Positions 17,262-27,927 of a stretch of 60,169 nucleotides of DNA are shown piece after piece. The notes below the pieces were generated by a model. That model did no database searches. It saw only the letters and a program-made list of their open reading frames with translations, and was not told the DNA's origin. A program made the position numbers and the translations under genes. Every line of letters begins with the position of its first letter. Positions within the stretch are counted from its first letter, which is position 1. Origin of the DNA: Spirochaetales bacterium. Lineage in GTDB: Bacteria; Spirochaetota; Spirochaetia; JAFGXN01. The stretch covers positions 1 through 60,169 of the forward strand of contig JAFGXN010000131.1 in the NCBI GenBank assembly GCA_016936615.1. The letters run 5' to 3'.

Positions 17262-19121
17262 TTATTCTTCGTCCGAAGATTCATTCTCTTTTTCTTCATC
17301 CTCTGACTCTTCGTCATCACCCTCTTCAGCCTTCTCAGTATTATCAAAGCCCTTATCCTGCGGGGTTGCATCAGAATCAAACATAGAGAACATCCCCATC
17401 ATCAACTCTGCCCCCATCATATCAGGGCTCTTCATCGACTCAAGTCCGCTAAGTAGATCCTTCATAGCAAGAATATCTTCAACAACTAGCAATCTGACAA
17501 AGGTTTCATCCTGCGGAAGCATGGAAATTGAAACCTTATCATGCTCAAGAGCCAATGTTATAGTTACAGCATCTTTTCTCGCATAGAATAAATGGTCAGA
17601 ATGGTCAACCTTCTGTATAAAGAACTCCTCATTCCTGAAAGATTCAAGAATCTCACCCTTAATAAACTCTGCCATTCGCGGAGTAGCAAACTCAAGCTCG
17701 ATACTCTTCATCTCTTTTGCAGATAAATCCTCACCCTTCTTCGCGCGGTAACCAGATCCGCCCCTGAAGGTAACCAAAAGACCAGGTATAGCCATTACTG
17801 TAGTAACAATCATTGTCATAACAGCGACACCAAACATATCTTGACCGATAAGCCCCTTGCTCAAGCCCTGAGAAGCCATAATCAATATAACTTCACCACG
17901 AGGCAACATTCCAAAACCTATCCTTGATGCACCTTTTAGATTAAAGCCGGAGAGAAGCGCAGGTAACCCACAGCCCAAAACCTTTGCCACAATCGCAATA
18001 AGAACATAAACAATACTGAAAATCAAAAGCGAAGAGTTCTCAAACGGGTTAAAAATTGACAAATCAACCAACATTCCCATAACACAGAAGAAAATCGGAA
18101 CCAAGAAATCATAAATCCCCTGAACATGTTCCCGAATCTCATATGCGATATCAGTCTGAGAGAGAGAAAGACCTGCAATATATGCACCAATAATCATAGC
18201 AAGACCAAACATCTCAAAGAACCCAGCTAGAAACAGAGCAATACCAAAAGAGATACCAGCAACAATTTCCATAGACTTAAATCTCTTCATCCCCTTTGTT
18301 AATTTAGGAGCAAAGAAAATTCCAAGCAACGTAGTTACAAGCCAAATCCCCAGCGCCTTTCCTGCAACAATACCAATGTGAGCCCAATCTGTACCAGCCC
18401 CACTTCCAGCACCAATACCAAGAACGACAGCAAGGACAATAATACCAACAACATCGTCAAATACTGCTGCGGCCAAGATTGTAACACCCTCCGGCGTCGA
18501 CATCTTCTTTTTCTGACTCAATACCTGCGCAGTAATTCCAACACTTGTCGCAACTGACATAACACCCATAAACAGTGCTGTAGGATGCATAAAACCAGTA
18601 ACACCCCCAAGCATAGCAACAGCAATTAAATCACCAAAAACAAACGAAAAGACAATTCCTCCAAGACCAATAAATGAACCTTTCCCAGAAAATTTAATAA
18701 AAGTAGGAAGGTCAGTCTCTAACCCTGTTAAAAAAAGTAGAACTATTGAAGCAATTACAGCCAATCCCCACAGTTCAGGGGTTATAGCAATTCCAGCCTC
18801 ACCAATAGGCAAAGGATTTGTAAACAACTGTGAAGCACCAAGGCCAGAAAGAAACGATAACTTTATACCACCTAAGGCGTACGGTCCAATAATAATACCA
18901 GAAAGCAACTCGCCAAGAACCTTTGGCATTTTTAAGTATCTCTCAAAGATATATCCAAAAAGCCTACAAGAAATAATAATTATTGACAATTGCAAGACCA
19001 ACAACGTCATATTGTGAGTCAGAGTCAAACTATAAGAGAGATGATGTTCCCCATCACTTGCCATCAACACAAGTGGCGCAAGCATCATAAAAAAAGATGA
19101 TAACAATAATTTTTTCTTCAT
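17262..19121 (-). CDS. CPA2 cation:proton antiporter with cytoplasmic C-terminal domain and acidic tail
   Basis: PKVLGELLSGIIIGP, LFLTGLE, ATSVGIT, AAVFDDVVG, PRGEV; about 13 hydrophobic segments. Confidence 0.9.
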   Translation of the reverse strand: MKKKLLLSSFFMMLAPLVLMASDGEHHLSYSLTLTHNMTLLVLQLSIIIISCRLFGYIFERYLKMPKVLGELLSGIIIGPYALGGIKLSFLSGLGASQLFTNPLPIGEAGIAITPELWGLAVIASIVLLFLTGLETDLPTFIKFSGKGSFIGLGGIVFSFVFGDLIAVAMLGGVTGFMHPTALFMGVMSVATSVGITAQVLSQKKKMSTPEGVTILAAAVFDDVVGIIVLAVVLGIGAGSGAGTDWAHIGIVAGKALGIWLVTTLLGIFFAPKLTKGMKRFKSMEIVAGISFGIALFLAGFFEMFGLAMIIGAYIAGLSLSQTDIAYEIREHVQGIYDFLVPIFFCVMGMLVDLSIFNPFENSSLLIFSIVYVLIAIVAKVLGCGLPALLSGFNLKGASRIGFGMLPRGEVILIMASQGLSKGLIGQDMFGVAVMTMIVTTVMAIPGLLVTFRGGSGYRAKKGEDLSAKEMKSIELEFATPRMAEFIKGEILESFRNEEFFIQKVDHSDHLFYARKDAVTITLALEHDKVSISMLPQDETFVRLLVVEDILAMKDLLSGLESMKSPDMMGAELMMGMFSMFDSDATPQDKGFDNTEKAEEGDDEESEDEEKENESSDEE

Positions 19122-19122
19122 T

Positions 19123-19578
19123 TTACTTACCTAAAAATATTGCAAGAATCTCTTCCTGAGTAGTTGCAGATAAAATTCTCTTTCGCTTATCAGGGTTAGT
19201 CAACAAACGGCTAATCTCTGCCAAAAATTGTACATGTGGTCCAGTCTTCCCCGCAGGAGAGATTGTCATAATAAACAAATCTGAAGGTTTCCCATCAAGA
19301 GCTCCGAAATCAATACCACCTTTCGAGATACCAATGCAAGCAATTATATCATCGACCTCATCTGTTTTTGCATGCGGAATAGCAATACCTTCCTGCATCC
19401 CTGTTGACATCTGCGCCTCACGCCTCTTAACACTATCTAGCACAAGGTCTCTTTTCTCTGCTGCTAATTTACCTGAATCCACAAGAAGAGCTACTAATTC
19501 ACTTAACACATCACTCTTTGTTTTAGATTTAAGATCTAGACAAATAACATCTTTAGAAAGAATTTTTTTTAGATTCAT
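19123..19578 (-). CDS. PTS EIIA (Ntr/fructose-type) protein
   Basis: RREAQMSTGMQEGIAIPHAK phospho-His motif; IDFGALDGKP. Confidence 0.92.
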   Translation of the reverse strand: MNLKKILSKDVICLDLKSKTKSDVLSELVALLVDSGKLAAEKRDLVLDSVKRREAQMSTGMQEGIAIPHAKTDEVDDIIACIGISKGGIDFGALDGKPSDLFIMTISPAGKTGPHVQFLAEISRLLTNPDKRKRILSATTQEEILAIFLGK

Positions 19579-19602
19579 ACATCTCCATCCTCTATATATT
19601 AA

Positions 19603-20337
19603 TTATAATGAAAATCCTAGTCCAATAGAAATAGCTGGATTGTGAAAATGTTCAATTTTCCCAGTCTCCAAATTATTATCCTTAGGAACAATACCATATT
19701 GGTAATCAAACTTAAACGTAATTGCGATTGTCTTTGAAACAAGAAAATCCAAAGCCACAAAAGGAGTCATCGAGAATCCCATCACAGTTCTATCCTTAGT
19801 CTCATTTGGATCTGTAAACGAATTCAAGGCATAAAATCCTCCAGGTCCAATATGAAAAAAACCAATCTCCAAACCACCTGAGAACTGCAACCAATCTAGA
19901 GCACGAAATCCACCACCTAGACCCAACCGTAGATGCATCATTGAAAAAAGTGCATCTACCTTAAGATTAGGATCTTCAGGAAAGATATTAGAAGAACCAA
20001 ATGTCAACCCACCTGTCAAAAGAAGATGATCCAAGAAAGGATACATAAGATGAATATCGATTGCAGCATTGACTGCTGAATATTCTCGAACATTCACACC
20101 TTCTAGCTGATTATAGAAGAAATCAGGGACAGTGCCAACAGTAAATGGATACTTTACAGAAATAATGAAACGCGGAATAAAAGGTTGAATCTTTACAGCA
20201 TCAGAAGGCTCAACAACCTCTTCGGCTGCTTGCGCTTTTTCAGCATCTTGCGCCTCTTGATCCTTTTCCACCTCTTCTGAGAAGCCAAAGAAACTAATAG
20301 AAAACAAAGTTATTACTAAAAGGATAAATTTTTTCAT
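19603..20337 (-). CDS. exported protein, probable small outer-membrane beta-barrel
   Basis: Start moved to ATG 20337; signal peptide, acidic linker, alternating Gly/aromatic strands, C-terminus ISIGLGFSL. Confidence 0.6.
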   Translation of the reverse strand: MKKFILLVITLFSISFFGFSEEVEKDQEAQDAEKAQAAEEVVEPSDAVKIQPFIPRFIISVKYPFTVGTVPDFFYNQLEGVNVREYSAVNAAIDIHLMYPFLDHLLLTGGLTFGSSNIFPEDPNLKVDALFSMMHLRLGLGGGFRALDWLQFSGGLEIGFFHIGPGGFYALNSFTDPNETKDRTVMGFSMTPFVALDFLVSKTIAITFKFDYQYGIVPKDNNLETGKIEHFHNPAISIGLGFSL

Positions 20338-20432
20338 TTTTCCCCCATTATCTGTGATACAATATGTTTTAATTTTGTGCAATAGTATTTTGGGCAATGG
20401 TAATAATTATAAAAATAATATATTATAAAAGC

Positions 20433-22046
20433 ATGAAATTTGAAAATTTTAACATAGAGAAAAGAATCTTAGAGACTCTAACAGAAGAAGGCTATATAGA
20501 ATCTACAGCAGTACAAGAAGAAAGCCTTAAAATCACACTAGAAGGTAAAGACGTAATAGTACAATCTCAAACCGGAACAGGCAAAACTGCAGCCTTTGTT
20601 ATTCCGATAGTAAATTCGTTTTTAAAAACAAAGACAAGGGCGCTTATTATAGCGCCAACAAGAGAACTAGTAGTCCAAATAGACAAAGAACTTCAGAAAA
20701 TCGGGAAAAATACAGAAATCAAGACAGCAGCTGTCTTTGGCGGAGAAGGCTACGAGAAACAAAAAGCAAAAATAAACAATAAAGCAGAAATTTTGGTAGC
20801 AACCCCAGGCAGATTGATGGATTTTGCAAAATCTGGAACTATAAATCTAAAAGACTTTGATATTCTAGTCCTCGACGAGGCAGATAGAATGCTAGACATG
20901 GGCTTTCTTCAAGATATTAATTGGATTATGAAGAAGATGAAGCCTAGAGAACAAAGGCAAACCATGCTTTTTAGCGCTACCCTTAACACAAAGACAAGGC
21001 AGCTTGCATGGAATCTATTAAACAACCCGAAAGAGATTGAAATAAGCCCAGAAAGTGTAGTAATTGATAAAATCGAGCAGTCGCTGTACCACGTAGCATC
21101 CGAAGAGAAATTTCAACTTTTACTTGGTCTACTAGATAGAGAGAAGCCAGAATCAGCTATAATCTTTGTAAACACAAAGTATGAGACAGAGAAGATTTCA
21201 AAGCGTCTAAACCTCAACGGATTCAAGTCGCAATTTATAATGGGAGATCTTCCACAGAACAAACGTACAAAGATTATAGATAAGGTAAAAAACAAAGAAA
21301 TCGACATTTTAGTTGCAACCGATGTGGCTGCAAGAGGTCTTCATATAAACAATCTAGATCTTGTCATCAATTATGACATACCAGAAGACTTTGAGAACTA
21401 TGTTCACAGAATTGGAAGAACAGCGAGAGCAGGCGAAAAAGGAAAGGCGATAACATTAGCCTGTCCAAAATTTGTCTATGGTCTTGAAGCAATCGAAAAA
21501 TACATCGGTCACAAAATCCCAAGCGATTATGCGAGAGAAGAACTACTACTCGAAGATAAGAGCAAAGGCGCAGTAATACAGCTTGACAGATCTTCTAACA
21601 ACAAAAAGCCTCAACAGAAAAGCAATTCTAATCGACAAAGACAAGGAAATAGCAGACAGCAACCTCCAAAGAAGAGCTATCCGAAGAAGAGTGCTTCTGA
21701 GAAGCCAAGCTACCAGCCAAAATCTCAAACTGAGAAACCAAGCTATCCGAAGAAGCAACAAACAGAACGACCTAATCAACCATACAAGAAGAAGAGCACT
21801 GCTCAGCAACCAAGCAATAAGAATTCTTCAAGACAGAACAACCAGAGCAGAAAGCCGGTAAGCAAGATGAGCGACAAAGAGAGACTTGCATACTATGCAT
21901 CGAAATACGGGGAAGATTTTAAGAAGACAACAAAATCCCAACCAGCCAAACAAACACAGAAGAAGAAACAGCCAGCACCACAGACAAAACAACCTCAGCA
22001 AACAGCTTCTTTCTTTGGAAAAATTAAAAAACTTTTTAAAAAATAA
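20433..22046 (+). CDS. DEAD-box RNA helicase with K/Q/S/P-rich disordered tail
   Basis: QTGTGKT, PTREL, TPGR, DEAD, SAT, ARGL, HRIGRTAR; start moved to ATG 20433. Confidence 0.95.
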   Translation: MKFENFNIEKRILETLTEEGYIESTAVQEESLKITLEGKDVIVQSQTGTGKTAAFVIPIVNSFLKTKTRALIIAPTRELVVQIDKELQKIGKNTEIKTAAVFGGEGYEKQKAKINNKAEILVATPGRLMDFAKSGTINLKDFDILVLDEADRMLDMGFLQDINWIMKKMKPREQRQTMLFSATLNTKTRQLAWNLLNNPKEIEISPESVVIDKIEQSLYHVASEEKFQLLLGLLDREKPESAIIFVNTKYETEKISKRLNLNGFKSQFIMGDLPQNKRTKIIDKVKNKEIDILVATDVAARGLHINNLDLVINYDIPEDFENYVHRIGRTARAGEKGKAITLACPKFVYGLEAIEKYIGHKIPSDYAREELLLEDKSKGAVIQLDRSSNNKKPQQKSNSNRQRQGNSRQQPPKKSYPKKSASEKPSYQPKSQTEKPSYPKKQQTERPNQPYKKKSTAQQPSNKNSSRQNNQSRKPVSKMSDKERLAYYASKYGEDFKKTTKSQPAKQTQKKKQPAPQTKQPQQTASFFGKIKKLFKK

Positions 22047-22063
22047 AATTCAAGAGGGCTAAA

Positions 22064-24793
22064 ATGAAAAAATTACTTCTAATTTTAACTATAACAATCT
22101 CTATCGTGACAATCTCATGTCAAGATAGAGATTTTTTACATGGAGAACTTGAAAACGGACTAACATACTACATCCGCAAGACTAACAACCCCACCGACAA
22201 AGCAATCCTACGCCTGGCAGTGAAAGCTGGAAGTGCAGATGAGACAGAAGAGCAGCGAGGGCTAGCCCACCTTCTTGAGCATATGGCCTTCAACGGCTCA
22301 GCGAATTTCCCCGAAGACTCGCTGATAGAGTTTCTCCAATCACTCGGAATACAATATGGTCCAGAGCTAAATGCTCATACCTCGTTTAACGAGACAATCT
22401 ACAAACTTGAAATCCCCCTAGAGGAGCCTAACAACCTAGAGACAGGTTTTCTAGTCCTCGAAGATTGGGCGTTCAACCTCAACCTAGCAGATGAATCCAT
22501 TGAAAAAGAAAGATTAGTTGTAATAGAAGAGTATCGCTCAAGACGTGACGCACGGTATAGAATTGTAAGCGAATATTGGCCTAAACTTTTTAACAACACA
22601 AAATATGCAGAAAGAATGCCGATAGGAACACTTGAAAACCTGCAAAAGTTCACACCACAAATGGTGCGAGACTTCTACACTCAACACTACACGCCAGAGC
22701 GAATAGCGATAATCGTAGTAGGAGAGATAGAGCCTCTCAATATTGAAAAAAAGATAATATCCCAATTCAGCAAATACAAAAGCAATAGCGAAATTGAACC
22801 ATACATAGGGAATCAACCATCAGTAGCTGACCAGAAATTCATCATAATACAGGAGAAAGAACTCCAGTACACCCTAATCCAACTCACAGCCAACAACCCG
22901 CTACGAGCTGATACAATTGAACACCGCCTTCAAGAGGCAATCTTCACGACAGCGCTCAATTCCCGCTTCGAAACAATCAAAGAACGCGGCACAACAGAGA
23001 TCCTCGACGTTGGGGCCTGGAACTCCCAAATAATTGCGCCAACCAAGACTTTTTCCCTATCTTACATCTGCCGAGATGACAAAATAACCAAAAGCATCGG
23101 CGAAGTCTTCACTGAACTAAAGCGGTTGCACCAGCACGGCTTTGACGCAAGCGAGATTGAAGCTGCGACCAACCAAGTAGTAGAAGGGCTAAAGATGGAG
23201 TATGAGTCACAGGCAGATCTTGACGCAAACTACTGGATACAGAACTACCAGGAAGCCTTTATCTACTCACAGAACATCTTCTCAAGCAAAAGAGATTACA
23301 AAAAAGCACTACGAATCGCAGCCAAACAAGATGTTAGCACTATCAACAATCTCATCGAGTTTTTCCTTCCTTACCAGAATATCCTGACAATAATCTCCAC
23401 ACCAGCCCGACCGCCGCAGAGAGATGAAATCTCAGAACAGGCAGAAAAGGCCTATGCAGATGAAACGCGTCAAGAGAATTTTGGCAGCTACATCAAAGAA
23501 CTAGAAAATAGACCAGCCAGCAAAGGCAAAATTATATCAATATCAGAAGACAAAGATTTAGAGATAAAAAAGTTCACGCTATCAAACGGCGCAGAGGTTA
23601 TCCTGAAGAGAAATAAATCAAAAAAAGATGAAGTCCTCTTTTCTCACATAAGCAGAGGCGGATACTCTACCGTGAATGGTAAAGAACTGATAAATGCGAA
23701 GGCTCTTGAACCAATTATCTCAAACTGCGGACTTAGCCAGTACAGTGCGACACAGATATCCACGTGGAAACAGACCAACAACATTGAGCTAAACTTCTCA
23801 ATCAACGAACAATTCGAGACCTTTACAGGAAGATTCTCGCCCCAGAAGGCAGAAGATTTTTTCAAGCTTCTAAATCTACAGCTGACACAACCAACAATTA
23901 CGACAGAAAATTTTAACCGAATCATCAAATCTCTCAAAGAGGATGCAAAAAATCGAAAAAACAATCCTGATGAGGTATTTACTGATGAGATAATCAAATA
24001 TCTCTCACAGAACAACAAACGCTTCTTAGAATTAGACTCCGAAGAGGTAGAATCAATAGAGCTAGAGCAAGTTCTTGAAATTTTTAACAGGAAGACTACG
24101 CAACAAGGCGATGACACCTATATATTTGTCGGAAATATTTCAGAAAAAAAGCTAAAACCACTCCTTGAGAGATATATCGCTTCGATCGGTAATTCTACAG
24201 AGTCGCAATACATCAACAATCGCAAAACATATCCCACTTCTAGCAAGAGCCAGACAATTGCAAAGGGACAAGAGAAGATTACCAACATAAGAATCTACAA
24301 CACAGGGAAGATTGAACCATCCGCAAAGAATATTGAAGCGATCTCAATGCTCTCATATGTAATGGACACAACCTTGAACAATAAAATCCGCGAAGAACTT
24401 GGTGGCACATACTCAATCTCAACCTACGGAACAATGAGAATCTATCCATACGAGGAATTCATCTTTATCACAGGCTTCAGCTGCGATCCTGAACGAAGCA
24501 AAGAGCTACTCAAAGCAGTATATATAGAAAAAGAAAAAGCCTCATCTGGATCAATAGCGCAGGAACATATAGACAACTACAAGAAGACAATCAGCGTCTC
24601 ACTAGCAACTGAAGTAACAACAAATAATTTCTGGGTGAGATCCCTCTCTCAACTTATCAAAGGTGAAACTACAACAGAAAGAATTTTGAATAAAGAAAAA
24701 ATTGTCAACGAAATAGACAAAGAATACCTAACCAGGCTAGCAGAGACCATTTTTTCATCTACTAGAGGGGAATTCACACAGATTCAAGAGTAA
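22064..24793 (+). CDS. M16 family zinc peptidase (PqqL-like), lipoprotein
   Basis: Lipobox ISC; GLAHLLEHMAFNGS inverted zincin motif; NAHTSF.ETIY; IREELGGTY in C-half. Confidence 0.9.
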   Translation: MKKLLLILTITISIVTISCQDRDFLHGELENGLTYYIRKTNNPTDKAILRLAVKAGSADETEEQRGLAHLLEHMAFNGSANFPEDSLIEFLQSLGIQYGPELNAHTSFNETIYKLEIPLEEPNNLETGFLVLEDWAFNLNLADESIEKERLVVIEEYRSRRDARYRIVSEYWPKLFNNTKYAERMPIGTLENLQKFTPQMVRDFYTQHYTPERIAIIVVGEIEPLNIEKKIISQFSKYKSNSEIEPYIGNQPSVADQKFIIIQEKELQYTLIQLTANNPLRADTIEHRLQEAIFTTALNSRFETIKERGTTEILDVGAWNSQIIAPTKTFSLSYICRDDKITKSIGEVFTELKRLHQHGFDASEIEAATNQVVEGLKMEYESQADLDANYWIQNYQEAFIYSQNIFSSKRDYKKALRIAAKQDVSTINNLIEFFLPYQNILTIISTPARPPQRDEISEQAEKAYADETRQENFGSYIKELENRPASKGKIISISEDKDLEIKKFTLSNGAEVILKRNKSKKDEVLFSHISRGGYSTVNGKELINAKALEPIISNCGLSQYSATQISTWKQTNNIELNFSINEQFETFTGRFSPQKAEDFFKLLNLQLTQPTITTENFNRIIKSLKEDAKNRKNNPDEVFTDEIIKYLSQNNKRFLELDSEEVESIELEQVLEIFNRKTTQQGDDTYIFVGNISEKKLKPLLERYIASIGNSTESQYINNRKTYPTSSKSQTIAKGQEKITNIRIYNTGKIEPSAKNIEAISMLSYVMDTTLNNKIREELGGTYSISTYGTMRIYPYEEFIFITGFSCDPERSKELLKAVYIEKEKASSGSIAQEHIDNYKKTISVSLATEVTTNNFWVRSLSQLIKGETTTERILNKEKIVNEIDKEYLTRLAETIFSSTRGEFTQIQE

Positions 24794-24800
24794 ATTTCCA

Positions 24801-24849
24801 AAAATGTAGATAAATCAAATAGCAAAAAAGCTCGATTTATCTACATTTT
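24801..24849. terminator. 16-bp perfect inverted repeat after M16 peptidase
   Basis: AAAATGTAGATAAATC(24801-24816)...GATTTATCTACATTTT(24834-24849). Confidence 0.55.
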
Positions 24850-24929
24850 CAATTTTATATCCAATATCTCTAATTAATTAAAAAAATACTCATTTTTATT
24901 AAAATTTTCTGAGAATTATTAAATTTAAT

Positions 24930-24976
24930 TTGCGTTGTGCAATAATGCACTATACTATAAATTTATGAAATTTATA
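24930..24976 (+). promoter_or_regulatory. promoter of lipoprotein operon with two palindromes
   Basis: TTGCGT-N17-TACTAT; GTGCA-ATAA-TGCAC in the spacer; TATAAATTT-ATG-AAATTTATA over the start site. Confidence 0.45.
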
Positions 24977-24986
24977 AGGAGATACT

Positions 24987-25352
24987 ATGGAAAAAAGTAA
25001 TTTCACCAAACTAATCGTTTTGTTGACAGCCACACTAATAATGGCATGTCCACTATCAGACATCGGCAAGATTGCCGGAAAGTGGAGGTATGACGACCCT
25101 GACAAAATCACAAGCTATGTCATACTCGAAATAATTGCTGAGGACAGCACCTTTGTCCTAACTGAATATGAGAACAATATCAAGGTTAACACAATAACAG
25201 GAGATGTTAAGCTAGAAGATGGTGCTCTAAGCTTCAAGACAGCAAGCGAAAGCGAAGAAGATTCAGGCGAATTCTCACAAGGACCTACAATTACACTCAA
25301 GAAAGATATCCTTTCATTTGGTGGAGTAGGATTTAAGAAAGTAACCGAATAA
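24987..25352 (+). CDS. small beta-rich lipoprotein (lipocalin-like pattern)
   Basis: Lipobox IMAC; IAGKW followed by beta strands; AAGGAG RBS. Confidence 0.7.
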   Translation: MEKSNFTKLIVLLTATLIMACPLSDIGKIAGKWRYDDPDKITSYVILEIIAEDSTFVLTEYENNIKVNTITGDVKLEDGALSFKTASESEEDSGEFSQGPTITLKKDILSFGGVGFKKVTE

Positions 25353-25366
25353 ATTAAGGAGATTTT

Positions 25367-27916
25367 ATGAAGATAAGAAATATTCTATTAGTATATATTT
25401 CTACAGTTCTCCTAGCCTGCCCAAACACAACAAATCTACCCGAAAATTTTAAAGATAGCAATCTAGACCCTGTATCATATTTATTAATGCCATTTGGAAA
25501 AATTGAAAATGTACGAGCAAGCTCAGGAGAAAAAGGCCTTATCAATATCTCTTGGGAGAGACAAGCAAAGGCAGACGCCTATGTTGTAGAGAGAGCGACA
25601 GAGATTGAAGGCAATTATGAAGTAGTTGCAAGCAAGGTTCTTGGACTATCATGGTCTGACACAGGAATAACCGAGATGGGAAGCGACAACAAGTACTACT
25701 ACAGAGTAAAAGGTGTCCTTCTTGATTGGAAAAAAGCGGTAAAGGCATCAGGGCCCTACTCTGTTCCTGCCGAAGGTTACTGCATAGATCCAGCAAGCGA
25801 TTTCAATGTATTAGTAGAGAACATCCAAGTTAATTACAACTTTGACAACCCACAGCAGATTGTGAACTTTCTAGAAATAACATGGGATGAAGAGGAGTTT
25901 GCAAATCCAAAAGACCGCAAAGTCGAATATTATAAGATTCTTAGAGCAGTTGACAATGCAGGTACACCTGGAGATTTTTCTTTTCTAAAGAATGAAGCAG
26001 GTTATGATGTAACAGGGCTGAAATCACCAATATATGACTACTACACAGAGCCTGGCACTAAATATCACTATAAGATTGTTCCATGCAAGATAGATCCAGT
26101 TTTGAATAGAGAAATTTCAGCATCGCCTCAACCAGAGGTTCCAGTCAACATCACAACTCTAATCAGACCTAGCGCGGTGCGACCAACTGTAGGAACTAAT
26201 CCTGGAACACCCTCATTAGAGATTGAATGGGATGACTACCCTAACAAATATAAATATTATCTATACAAATCCAATGAACTTGGCGGGGATCAAACCCTAA
26301 TCTATGAAGGTGGAGATCTAAACTTCCCTGATACTGACATAACAGCAGGAAGCCAGTACTTCTACGGACTATCAGTAAGTTTTATGATATACATAGGCAC
26401 TGATAGCTACGAAGTAAAGACCCCTATACCTATGCCAGTGCCAGCAATGTATAATGCACCACCAGAACATGTGGAAGATCCAATTCTTGGAGAAGGTAAA
26501 GACTCTGTAACTCTCAAATGGAAGAGAGCAGAGGGACAAGCAGACTCCCCTTACTACAATCTATTCTATTCGACACAGCAAGACACAGGATTCAAACTTG
26601 TCGAAACACAAATCAAGGATGGAAAACCAGGTCTAAGCTATGATGAAGGAACCAAAACTTTTACCTATAACTTTACAAATACAACTATTCCTAGCGGATA
26701 TGTCTATTTCAGAATACATAATCTAAACGCAGAAGAGGTACAATCTTCTCAATATTTACCATTAACAGGATATTTCTTGCCAGAGAACCCTAACAACTTC
26801 CTTGCAAGTGGCGGAATGGGAGAGACTCCTGCTGGAGACTTTGTTGAATTAACATGGGAGAATCCAGGCGATGAGGGAATAGAGAAGTTTATCGTTTACA
26901 AGCGACCTGTGATTTTCAACAAAGAACAGGACGGGGGTAAGACTTGGGTGAAAATTCTAAGACGAGAGTTCAGCTCTACTATTCCTTTTACACTAGCACC
27001 GATTGCTGGACATCCAGAATTTGCTTTTGTAGGAGAAGTAACAAACGATGGAAGCAACTATTTCACATTAACTGACAGCTCACTTCGTCCAGGATTACAC
27101 GAATACATAATAACCTCTCACTCTGCAGGGCTAGAAGCTGTAACAGCTGGATACACAAGATATCTCAAAGATGATGGACACAGGACAATCTCTGACAAAG
27201 AGTTTATACAAGAGACCAACAAATTCTTCAGATTTGCCATAACAACAATTGAGAATGGAGACAATGGGAATGAGCTTGAAAGCCCAATTTCAGTTGAGCA
27301 AAGAGATGGCGAGGACACACCAACTGGTGGATTTTTCTCACACGATATAGACACAAAAATCGGATCAACATTTAGACAAAAGTATTATCTAAACGACTAC
27401 AACACTGGATATCTCACACTAAATACCCCTGATTTCTCAGCTCTGCCAGGTGACGACCTGCATTCTAGCGAATCAGGACAAAACTCATTTGATCCTCACT
27501 CTTTGTCTACAGTTGCCTTCCTAGATGACCACGGACGTAACGGGATAACCGGTCACCCAAAAAGAGACTCTATGAGAGTAGGCCGTATCCAAGTCTCAGG
27601 ACTATATCAAGGTGAAGTAGTATACAAGATTGGAAGAAATTGGTGGGCAAGACACAACGCACAAGGTTGTGGGAAGGCAGACTATGGAACAACAGCCAAC
27701 GTATCAGATATCTATGGCGGAGATCGTGACCAAGGATACTTTGACGTAAAGCAAGCTGGTGCTTCTGACTTTACAAGAATTGGATATGAGGATGGAATGA
27801 GTGCTACATACGAGAACTCAAACGAATCTACATACAATAACGCAATCAACGCTCAAGAGCAGATGGTAGAACCATTCTACAATGCTGACCAGCCATATTA
27901 TCCGGTTTGGAATTAA
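25367..27916 (+). CDS. large fibronectin type III repeat lipoprotein
   Basis: Lipobox LLAC; repeated ISW/ITW/IEW/LKW/LTW ... Y.I.R ... D ... YYY.V FN3 patterns. Confidence 0.8.
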   Translation: MKIRNILLVYISTVLLACPNTTNLPENFKDSNLDPVSYLLMPFGKIENVRASSGEKGLINISWERQAKADAYVVERATEIEGNYEVVASKVLGLSWSDTGITEMGSDNKYYYRVKGVLLDWKKAVKASGPYSVPAEGYCIDPASDFNVLVENIQVNYNFDNPQQIVNFLEITWDEEEFANPKDRKVEYYKILRAVDNAGTPGDFSFLKNEAGYDVTGLKSPIYDYYTEPGTKYHYKIVPCKIDPVLNREISASPQPEVPVNITTLIRPSAVRPTVGTNPGTPSLEIEWDDYPNKYKYYLYKSNELGGDQTLIYEGGDLNFPDTDITAGSQYFYGLSVSFMIYIGTDSYEVKTPIPMPVPAMYNAPPEHVEDPILGEGKDSVTLKWKRAEGQADSPYYNLFYSTQQDTGFKLVETQIKDGKPGLSYDEGTKTFTYNFTNTTIPSGYVYFRIHNLNAEEVQSSQYLPLTGYFLPENPNNFLASGGMGETPAGDFVELTWENPGDEGIEKFIVYKRPVIFNKEQDGGKTWVKILRREFSSTIPFTLAPIAGHPEFAFVGEVTNDGSNYFTLTDSSLRPGLHEYIITSHSAGLEAVTAGYTRYLKDDGHRTISDKEFIQETNKFFRFAITTIENGDNGNELESPISVEQRDGEDTPTGGFFSHDIDTKIGSTFRQKYYLNDYNTGYLTLNTPDFSALPGDDLHSSESGQNSFDPHSLSTVAFLDDHGRNGITGHPKRDSMRVGRIQVSGLYQGEVVYKIGRNWWARHNAQGCGKADYGTTANVSDIYGGDRDQGYFDVKQAGASDFTRIGYEDGMSATYENSNESTYNNAINAQEQMVEPFYNADQPYYPVWN

Positions 27917-27927
27917 TAGGAGAGGAA

